This document shows positions 1-10,400 of a stretch of DNA of 64,000 nt, one piece after another. The translations under genes were made by a program, and so were the position numbers. How positions within the stretch are numbered: position 1 is the first letter of the stretch; each line of letters opens with the position of its first letter. Origin of the DNA: Octopus bimaculoides (Eukaryota); NCBI RefSeq assembly GCF_001194135.2, contig NC_068985.1, positions 31,364,513 through 31,428,512 on the forward strand. Reading direction: 5' to 3'. Under the pieces are notes generated by a model. The model had not been told where the DNA came from. It did no database searches and saw only the letters and a list, made by a program, of their open reading frames with translations.

Positions 1-1663
1 TTTTGTCAAAAAAATTTTTTTTAAAGACAATAATTTGTGAGAAAATGGGGGAGGGGAGTCTTTCCTTTTTTTCTTCACTTCTTCCACATCTGCAAATTCC
101 GTAGCACCAGCTTCCGTCACCAGTGATGACCTTCGAAAAAAGGTCCGCCTTAACTTTCAACTGTTCTTTCAGTTCACGACACGCATTCAGTCGAGACTGC
201 TTTTGATCTTACATGAAGAAGCGAGGCACAAATTTTGCAACAACTCTTTTCATTCGCAATTCCTCGCTCAAAATTGTTGGTAGGAGCTTCAGGACACACT
301 AGTCATATCAACAAGTTCGTCAATTATTTGGTGACAGTCCTCCAAGATCAGTTCATGAATTTTCATGAGGTTTTCATTCGTTCGGGAGATCGATGGTTGT
401 CCTGAATGAGGTTGGTCTTCAAGTGACAAGTGACCATTCCTAAAGCATGGAAACACTCGAAAACTTGTGTTTTGCTCATGGCAGCATCCTTGTAAGTTGT
501 TTGAAGTATAACAACTGTTTCGGCTGCCATTTTCCCCAGCAGAAAACAGAATTTTACGGAAGCACGCTGTTTCTTCGTTTCAGCCATTGAAAAAATTGGA
601 TCGTATATATGTGTATGTGTATGTTTGTGTGTCTGTGTTTGTCCCCCCAATATCGCTTGACAACCAATGCTGGTTGTCAAGAGACCGATAGAATAAGTAC
701 TAGGCTTACAAAGAATAAGTCCTGGGNNNNNNNNNNCCGATAGAATAAGTACTAGGCTTACAAAGAATAAGTCCTGGGGGTCGATATGCTCGACTAAAGG
801 TGGTGCTCCAGCATGGCCACAGTCAAATGACTGAAACAAGTAAAAGAGAAGTTGTAGGCTGCAAAATCTCGGTCAGTTTTCCACTTTTATTTTCTGAATT
901 AACATTTTTAATATGTTTATCCGTTTTTCCGTGCCTCTCCAGATGAGTTACACTGCATTGAATTTCACAACAAAATTTACAGTATGCTCTTTTGATATTT
1001 GTTTTACTTGGTTCTAACCATGATGAAAATCGAGAATCTAATGAAAGTTTGTTCAATAATTTATGATTATATTGTTTAATTTATTTCTTTGGCGGAGTTA
1101 AACCCAAGTTAATTTCATCACTGCTTTTATCTTTTGTATATCATGAGGGTTATAAATGACTCGTAATTGATAAAAGTTTCACAAGACAGAAAGGAAGCAC
1201 TCGTCACTTATGTATAAAACATGCTATTGACTTGGCATTAGAGGCGACAAGCCAGCGATATTGGATGGTAGGTACGATACACATATTGAACACGTTCTAT
1301 ACCAACTAGCTACCAATTAGCTATAAACTGCCTCGTTATAAAATGTCGCAAAATATATTTTGATATAAAATAGTTAGTCCAATAGTAATGTAATTTATTT
1401 ATTATTACATACACTGTAAACTTATTTGAAAAAAGCCCCAAATTATTGCAGCGTAGTACTAAAGGTATTACCGCACTTCAAAAGTACCAAATTTGGTACA
1501 ATAGTGCAAGGTTCGGCAAGCCAAGAGGCAGTACGACTTCAATCGCCGCCACCGGTCGGCAGACTGATGCTTGAGGTACATCAAGTGGTTTCTAGCACCG
1601 GAAGCATGAACTACAATGGGTTTGTCCTAGAGAACAGTTCCAGTTACTTTTGGGTACCCCTCG
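1..1663 (-). mobile_element. Decayed mariner, interrupted by a SINE and a hAT-like fragment
   Basis: TA-flanked mariner-type end cgaggggtacccaaaag at 1663; transposase N-terminus KQRASVKFCFLLGK..VFE at about 586-363; AKFVPR and VITGD.SW motifs at about 240-100. Confidence 0.75.
855..1330 (-). mobile_element. hAT-like transposon fragment with a BED-type zinc finger
   Basis: WLEPSKTNIKRAYCKFCCEIQCSVTHLERHGKTDKH (W..C2..H..H pattern); ends not defined. Confidence 0.45.
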
Positions 1664-1853
1664 TATTGCAGACAATTTATCTGATACTCTTTCTACTCTG
1701 ACGATCCATTGCACCAAAGCATTATTATTCCTGCTATATTAAAAATAAATAAATAAATAACCCGTTTCATCTATTCTTTTATTTATAAATAAATCTTATA
1801 TATTTCTAGTTTTATCAACTTCTTTCAGAAAAATATATTTGCAAGATTATTAA

Positions 1854-2073
1854 CCTTTTAGCAATTAAACTGGCCATATCTGGCCCAAATAGTCTACCTG
1901 TCTTATGTTCAAACTGACCAGATCCAGCCTTTCATACCTATTCTACAATGTCATTGTAAAAATAAACAATCACATCATTAAAATTTCGAAGCTATGAAAT
2001 AATGTCTGATTAATTCAAAACAATATGAATAAATAAGCATTACATTTGACAGAATAATCTGATTGCTAAAGGG
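1854..2073 (+). mobile_element. TTAA-site MITE (piggyBac-like non-autonomous), copy 1
   Basis: ttaa|cctttta..ctaaaggg|ttac; same family as 3428-3636 and 32358-32574. Confidence 0.7.
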
Positions 2074-2928
2074 TTACTCAAACTAAAATGCTTCTGACGA
2101 GTCTGTACCAAAGGAACTCAATCAGATTATATTCATTTCTTTCATCCTCTGTTCTGTAGTAGATAGCTTACCGCCATTGTATGATTGCTTTTGATACACT
2201 TTGCACTATCATTTTATTATGTGTTTTTTCAGTTTAATTTCACATCATTAACATATTGCATGTTTTGTTTTTTTCTTTTCCATTCACAAACTCACGTAAA
2301 AACTGGCTTTTGGTTCTAATTTTAACCAACTGATGACTGTTGATGTATTATTTCCCATGGTCTCACTTTGAAACAAAAGTTGGTTTCTGATCAACCAGCA
2401 GAAATTGCCTCTCACAAGGCAATTCCCCACCACAATGTGATGTAAAAACTTTTCTCTCAGACATTTATCTTCATTTCCCCTTGCACTCTTTCTCAACTAC
2501 AGATGTAAAGAGTCATAATTTTGCATAGCTACTTCACAACATTTGATTTTGTGGTTCTTTAGTTGCACACTATGTGTTCTGAAACCATACAGAGCCTAAC
2601 CAAAACACATTCTGTGAAAAGTTTTCATACAGACACAATCATATTGAATAACTGATTGAAACATTTCTTCATAGATAATTTGGGTGAACACTTGAACTCT
2701 GACAATATTTGAACATTTGTATAACTTTTTCCATACTCTGGACATAAATTGTATTTGATTTCACTAAACTTTCTCATCTCATTCTAATTTTTTTATGTTA
2801 TGTGTTGAACTGTCATCTACTAAACATTTAAACTGTTTTATAATGTACCATTGCAAAATTTTATGGATGCTGTTTGTCATCCATTGTGACAACTTATTTT
2901 TTATTGAAAGAATAAATCAACTGTGAAA

Positions 2929-3235
2929 GTGCATGGCTTAGTGGTTAAGGTATTCGGCTCACGATCATAAGGCTGTGAGTTCAATTCCCAGTGATGCATT
3001 GTGTCCTCAAACAAGACACTTTATTTCATGTTGCTCCAGTTCACTCAGCTAGCAAAAATGAGTAGTACCTATATTTCAAAGGGCCAGCCTTGTCATGCTG
3101 AATCTCCATGAGAACTACATTAAGAGTACACATGTCTGTGGAGTGCTCAGCTACTTGCATGTTAATTTCAAGAGCAGGCTTTTCCACTGATTGGATCAAC
3201 TGGAAGCCTTGTTGTTGTGACCAACAAAGTGCCAG
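2929..3235 (+). mobile_element. tRNA-derived SINE with a CORE-like middle
   Basis: tggcttagtggtt..gttcaattccc..tgtgtcctcaaacaagacact; tail as in 29154-29330. Confidence 0.75.
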
Positions 3236-3427
3236 AATTAAATGTATTCATCTACTTCAGAATCTTTCTGTCTTCTCATTTATGATGTTTCAATATAACT
3301 CTGGCCAATTATATCTCTCCCTTGGTCTTTCATGAGGTGTCAAATTCTTTATATTCTTCAGTTCTAATTGAAAATTTTTATTCATTTAAATGTAGTTCTG
3401 AGAATATGTATTTTCAAGCTCATTTAA

Positions 3428-3636
3428 CCTTTTAGTATTTAAACTGACCATATCTAGCCTAAAATTTTCTTCCTATTCTATGTTTAAACCGACCAGATCT
3501 GGCCTCTCACACCTAACAATGTCATTGTAAAAGTAAGCAATCACATCATCAAAGCTAGGAAATAATGCATGATTACTTCAAATCCATGTGAATATATAAG
3601 CATTACATTTGACAGAGTAATCTGAAAGCTAAAGGG
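3428..3636 (+). mobile_element. TTAA-site MITE, copy 2
   Basis: ttaa|cctt..ctaaaggg|ttaa; collinear with copy 1. Confidence 0.72.
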
Positions 3637-5175
3637 TTAAATATATTCTTGATAATACATTTGTAACTGAGTGAAACAAAAATGACAAAAAATACCAGAA
3701 TATATGAATTAATAAATCTGTAGACATCCTACCACCATTTGTTCATTAGGCTATAAACTAACAACCTGGGAGTTAAACACCCCCTCCACATATACTTCCA
3801 TAAAAACAGTTCCAATTCCCAACTAACTCTTTCTGTGTAGTAGCATGGAGACAACTTCAGTATCAGCAATCTCCTTCAGACTTACACTGTAACCCTATTT
3901 CTGAGACAACCTAATGTCCACATGCTTCAGACCATAATGGCTGCCTGCTTAATTGTAGAAGCTCCCTATCATCTACATATGTAGCTTCATAGCCACTACA
4001 AAGATGAGTCAGCTAGGAAGTAAAAATCATGTAGAAAGTGGAATTTGCAAGCTAAACCATGAGCTACTCATGTAGGAAGACAGTAACTCTGAACAAGAAC
4101 CAGTATAAGATAAAGGAGGCTCTTCGGTGCAGTTGCAGATAATTTGTCATGCCAGCAGTATGATAAAATGCATCCAATCCATACTGTAAGCATATACACA
4201 ACTAAGTTGGCCAGTTTTTTCTTTTACAGTGTGAGAAAAAAAAAAATGATATGAAATGATTTAGCCTAGTCAGATTTTTGTTAAGCTAAATACCTAAGTT
4301 AAAAGATAGCATGAAATGAACACTTAGAAGATTTTCATAAATTCAAATCAACATCATCATACAATGTAGCTGAAATTTTACATTTAATTTTTTTTTTTTA
4401 TGGTTCTTAAAACATGACACATATTCCTTTTATGATGTCCTGCTATGGTTACATTTTAGCTCTAAAATTTCCTAGAAAGTCTGTAGGTTTTTATATAAGA
4501 TATTCATTTATACATTGGATTGTGCCTTCTGTAGTTTTTATCAGAGTCTTATGCTAAGATAATAAATAAATCTACATGAAAAACATTAAGTTAAGTCGGT
4601 ATTACAAAAATGAACAAGGAATAAGTATATAACGAGGAGAAAATATGAGCCAATGATTAATATTTGTACATTTATTTAGTGATTACTCACTGCACACTTA
4701 TTTCTAGTTAACTTTTTAATGTTCTCTGCATAAAATATATTAAAACAAACTTATTTCTTCTCTAATCAACTTTATTTTCTAACCCAACAAATTTACAATC
4801 TTGTATATTTACTTTTTTTTTTTATAAATATGTTGAAGGCTCTGCCCTGTTGATGAAATCAGAATAAGGCCAAAATATGTTCAGAGTTGTTTTCCATGTT
4901 ACTAGAAAAATGAAAATATTTAATAATTGTATTTGATTTTAGCATAAAGTGATTTGATCAGTGATCAAGTGTTGAACCCGAAAACAACTGAATCATGGTA
5001 GAAATACAAATATACCATTATATCCACTTGTTTTATTTTAAAAATAGTATTGTACATTATAGAGTGTCAAAAAAATGTTGCTGTCCATCTACAACCTGGT
5101 TGCTGTTACTATTACTATTTCACTGCACCTAAATTTATTCCCTTATTTACTTCTTTGGGATTAGCTTTTAAATGC

Positions 5176-5557
5176 TACCTGGCTATGTGGTAAGAAGTTT
5201 GCTTCCCAATCATGTGGTTCTGAATTCAGTCTGACAGTGTGGCACTTTTGGTGTCTTCTACTATAGCCCCTCATCAACCAAAGCCCTGAGTGGATTTAGT
5301 AAATGGAAACTGTATATGAGTCTGTAAGTATAGGTTTGTGTCTCTTTGTCTTGAAACTGTGTAAGAGTTGTAAAACAGTTGCCACTGTCATTCATTTCCA
5401 ATATTGTGAGAACATGGCCACAGGGAAATATTACCTTATTTAGAAACAGATGAGGGTTGTAGACAGGAAAGGCATGTGATTATAGAAAATTTGCCTCAGT
5501 AAACCTCATCCAATCCATACAAACATGGAAAAGTGGATGTTAAACAATGATAATGAA
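5176..5557 (+). mobile_element. CORE-type SINE with an RTE-like tail
   Basis: tggctatgtggtaagaagtttgcttccc head, gtgtcttctactatagcc core, ggatgttaaacaatgat tail. Confidence 0.75.
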
Positions 5558-5742
5558 ACTAACATAACTTTTAATGTTAAGACTGCTCCTCCGTCTGAAC
5601 ATCCATAAAATGTGTCTATGTAAACAAGGGGCATAGTCTTAAAATATGGTAGAACTCATGACACTCCAGTAAATATTGAAAATAGAATTTCCTCACAGGA
5701 CTTTTAGCTGAAAATTTCTTTCATAGCAAAATTTAATACATG

Positions 5743-5958
5743 TGAAGGGTGCGAAAAAGTTCCTCGCTTTGGGTAAAAGAAAATACGGGAGGATCAGTTA
5801 ATTAAGATATTATCCAACATATTCCCCTCTCAGATTCACACACTTATTGCAACAGTCCTTCAATTTTTATAAGCCTTGTAAAAGAACTTGAAAGGTTAGG
5901 CCTCCAACCAGGCCTTTTGTGATATTCTTAAAGCTAGGAACTTTTCAGCACCCCCTTG
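5743..5958 (-). mobile_element. Mariner-derived MITE
   Basis: Inverted ends (agggtgc.gaaaagttcct.gcttt), TA at 5959-5960; retains a transposase-like C-terminus (NKCVNLRGEYV*). Confidence 0.7.
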
Positions 5959-6191
5959 TACTGTTAACTTTGAGTCAATGTGGAAACCTCACTGTGATCA
6001 CTTGACCAGTTAAAACTAGCAATCAAATCTATCGAAAACCACATTCCACTGCCTTATAAAAAAAATACATGTTGGATAATGCATCCTGAAGAACACCAAT
6101 CACCAATATCATTTTATGCCCATTTCCCATTCAGGTACAGGCTATCTGAGCTTCATCATAGTCAATAGCTATCCCAGGTTTTATTACAGGT

Positions 6192-6535
6192 GCATACATA
6201 GCTGTGTGGTTAAGCAGCCTGCTCCCCACTGTGTGGCACCTTAGGCAAATGTCTTCTACTATAACCCCAGGCAAACCAAAGCTTTGTGAGTGGATTTTGT
6301 AGACAGAAACTGCATGGAAGCCCATCATACATGCACGCACATAATACATATATGTCTGTGTGTGTTTGTTTGCTTAAATCCCTGTAACTTAGCAGTTTGG
6401 TTAAAAAAGACTGATAGAATAACTACCTGGTTTAAAAAAAGAAAAGTAAGTACTGAGGTTGACTTGTTCAAATAAAAAACTCTTTGAGGTGGTGTCCCAG
6501 CATGGCTGCAGTTCAATGACTAAAAGATATAACAG
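6192..6535 (+). mobile_element. CORE-type SINE
   Basis: Same head and core; tail ggtgtcccagcatggctgcagt. Confidence 0.75.
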
Positions 6536-7273
6536 AGATAACTAGCTGACCTGGTACAAAGCAATAAAAATAACGTAACAGCACTCTTCCAAGTACCACT
6601 GATGTATTCCACATTTTGTGTTTAGTTGTTTTTGTTGCATTAATGCATTTCGTACACTTAAAAGTTTGATTTGTTTTTTGCCCGTATCTTTACTTCACCT
6701 GAAATTTTATTTGGTACATTGTGTTCCATTGTCTTTTTTCCTACAAATCAAGCATAGTTATTTATCTAAAGCTGTAAAACTGTGGGTATATTACATAAAG
6801 TGCTACTTACTTAAATTATTTAACTTAACCCATCTTTCAAAGAGGAATTGTCAGAACTTTGTGTATTCTACAGCTTTACTTTTCTCATGAGGTTAACATC
6901 AAAAAGACTCAGCTTGCTAATTCTAAACTTCAGACTATCCTATTTGCAATAATAATCTTGTGAAAGCACTCGGAAAATCTAAATACCCGAGTCAAAGAAA
7001 GATATCACTTTAAAACAGAGAGCCAACAATTCTTAAATTAAAAAAACAAAAAAACAGCAGACTCAAATTCAATTTATATAACTTATTACAAAAGAAGGAT
7101 GCATTTGCATTTTATTGTTTGATACCAAAACATTATGATTTACAGTTCAAATAAAATAAATAATCAAAACATTTTATTTTCATTGATTTATTAAAAAAAA
7201 AAAATCTTAGAATGGTGTAAATTACAGAAAAAAAGAAATAGAGGTAATTTTCTTTTTGTTTTGAAGATTAAGT

Positions 7274-7417
7274 TCATGATAAATTTGACTTTGTCATAGG
7301 CATTGTATATATGGGCTGCATGATATGGTGAACAAGATAAAACACAAAACCTATAAAGGCTGAAATACAGCAGAAGACCAAAAGTAGTACCAGATGATTC
7401 TCCTTATACTCATATAT
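7274..7417 (-). CDS. TMEM218: TMEM218 coding exon 3
   Basis: ttttacag|ATA...TGA, 144 nt; ends HHIMQPIYTMPM; AATAAA on the minus strand at 7187-7192 and 7173-7178. Confidence 0.88.
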   Translation of the reverse strand: MYEYKENHLVLLLVFCCISAFIGFVFYLVHHIMQPIYTMPMTKSNLS

Positions 7418-10400
7418 CTGTAAAATAAATGAATAAATAAGCATATATAATATGAATTAAAAAATCGTTAAAGTAAGTTTTGTCACAAACCTACCAGGTA
7501 TAAAACTATAAATTGCAAAAGGTTGACAGGAATTAACAAAAATATATCACACACTAACATCATCATCATCATTTAACGTCTGCTTTCCATGCTAGCATGG
7601 GTTGGACAATTTGACTGAGGACTGGTGAAACAGATGGCTACACCAGGCTCCAATCTGATTTGGCAGAGTTTCTACAGCTGGATGCCCTTCCTAACGCCAA
7701 CCACTCCGAGAGTGTAGTGGGTGCTTTTACGTGCCACCAGCACGAAGGCCAGTCAGGCGGTACTGGCGACGGCCATGCTCAAAATGGTGTATTTTACATG
7801 CCACCTGCACAGGAGCTAGTCCAGCGGCACTGGCAACAATCTCGCTCAGATATCTTTTCACGTGCCACCAGCAGAAGTGCCAGGAAGGCGATGCTGGTAA
7901 CGATCATGCTCAAATGGTGCTATTTATGTGCCACCGGCACGGAAGCCAGACAGCTGCTCTGGCAACAATCACGCTTGAACGGTGCTCTTAGTGCTCCACT
8001 GATATGATAATTTAAATCTCTAAAATAATTTCACTCCCATTAGTCTAAAACACCATGGTTGTGGCAATAATAGAAGTATAGTACTATTACTACCATCATT
8101 GAAACCACCCCCACTCACTCCCTGCCACTGATCTGTCTCCTATCTCTGTTCCTTACAGAGAGCTTTCAACTTTAAAAAATCCTATTCTCTACACGTATCT
8201 ATGTATTTCTGTCTTCAATGTTTTTATCTTAAAAAACTTCATATACTTGGCATTGATGTAAACTACATTAGAAAGTACTTCAACCCTAAACAATTGCTAG
8301 CAATACAAAAGCTGAGGGAGATTACACTTTAATGTATTTACTGGATGTGCAAAGTCAGTGTACATGTATAACAGAGCGCTAGTGTTTTGAGGGAAAAATT
8401 GAGCATAAGAATGAGATGCAGCATGCATCTAAACTAATAGTGCTGATTTGGGCATGTAATGCATATGGATGTAGACAGTTGCATACAGAAGTCCTGATTA
8501 TTTAAAGTGGATGGAACTTGTGGATAAGGCAACCCAGGAAGACATGGGTCAAAGTATTGAAAGCTGATCTGAAGACACTGAGCCTTACGAAGGAGATGAC
8601 TAAGAACCAGGATACCAGCACATTGCTGTACTTAAGTCCTGTCCACCACAGCAGAATTGATACAGGTGCTGGTGCCACATAAAAAGTACCCAGTACATTC
8701 TATGGAGTGGTTGGCATTAAGAAGGGCATCCAGCCATAAAACCAATGCCAGAACAGTCAATGGAACCTGGCAGATCCTTGGCCTTACCAGCTCCGGTCAA
8801 ACCCTCCAACATGTGCCAGCATGAAAAACAGACGTTAAATGATGATGATATCTTGATTACTTGATTAGTGAAGTGAAATTTTATTAGCTTATTGAAAATG
8901 AAACAAACTTCTTCAACAATATTTACTGATATGAACAAATTTTAAGTGTGGTTTAACAGTAGTTTAAAGAAAAATAGTTTAAAGGATTTTACCAAACTGT
9001 CATCAACAGGTACTGGATACTTTGATTTTCTTGGAATGACAATAAAAATTATTGTTAGTAAGGTACTCAGTAAAATTAAAATCGTTCCAAGATATCTAAA
9101 ATATAATAAAGAAAAAACATTTTTAACATATACAGTATATATAGTGATTCATACTGAAAATTACATAACTTGAGTAGCAGCTGGCTGAAGGCTTGATGTC
9201 ACAGCTCATTACTAGGATGATGTAAATATTTGGGACAAAGATTTATTTTCAAAGGTTCAGTATGTCAGAGCTGTAAAATCAGTACATCAGTACATATTGT
9301 AAAGCTGAGTTTGTGAGTGTGTGTGTGTGTTGCATCTATAGAAATCCACACCTTACAAGATAGCAATTTGGGAGTCACACCAATGGATTCCTCATGGTCG
9401 AAAATGCCCGGAATCGGCCACTTATTATTCTTTTCTTCCTTCCTAACAAGTGAATTTTTCCATTAAAAATAATTCTAAACCATAACTTCTAACAATTCAA
9501 CTTCTCTGGTTGACTTTAAGACCCCCCCCCCCAATAGGGGCTTTAACTCATACATTTTAGAGTGCCATGTTCTCCATTTTTCAGGAGCAAAAACTTTGAA
9601 TAGGTTTTATAAGATTTGGACTTTGGAATCTGGGCATAAAGATGAGTAGTATGAGATAAATATATCATGATTAGAATCTTTGATAGGGTGTGTAAAGAGG
9701 GAAAGAACCCTCATTAAAATTCTTAATCTCCAATTTTGATGAAACTCGAATCATAGGTATTCCAGTTCATTAGAAAAAATATAAAAGAAAAGTCTAATTC
9801 TTCAATTCCATGTGACACAGGCAATTCCGGGTATCTCTGCTAGTTTTTTTTATAACTGAACGTGATGGAATATGAGAAAAATGAGAAGTATATTATACAT
9901 ATATAGGAAAGTCCTATTAATCTAGGTAATCTGGTATACCTGATTTTCCATCAATTAATTTTGTGGAAGTGATATGACTGGCTACCAACACCACTTCATC
10001 ATTGTGTATATTCAAGTTAAAAAAACGAGTGGCCAGTACTTATATATTATGTATTTGTGTTTATCTATTTATGGTTGTAAATGTACCATCCAACACAATG
10101 ATTTTAAAGTAAGAATTAGGCAAACTCAGAAACAAAAGATAATTTGAAGGTGGGCATAAAAATTGAAAGAACTACCAAACTGCAATAGGTTCAGAAATGT
10201 ATTGATATATGACAAGACAGAGAGAAAGATAGAAAGTTTGTAACACAAAGGAAAATTTAAAGAATTCTTAAAAGACAACCTGCTGAAAGTAACAGACTAA
10301 ACCTGTAGATAGGGTAAGATCCCACCAAAAAGATAACGACATGGTGGTGAAATAGGTCTGTAGTAACGCTGTGCGCATGCGTAGTCTCACGCATACGTGG

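Noticed and set aside
685-780. Tandem duplication of about 45 bp across an 11-N gap
   Set aside because: Identical sequence on both sides of a gap indicates an assembly overlap artefact.
1426-1701. 91-aa ORF and CpG-rich, promoter-like segment with CCGGAAG
   Set aside because: It is the reverse strand of a mariner 5' end (TA-flanked terminus at 1663), not a gene or promoter.
2284-2900. Possible very old mariner (FLHHIV-like motif)
   Set aside because: Too decayed; no TIRs or catalytic motifs confirmed.
6547-6698. Exon-like segment on the minus strand (MWNTSVVLGRVLL.., ccag|gtcagc)
   Set aside because: No partner exons or recognisable protein; TMEM218 already terminates at 7274.
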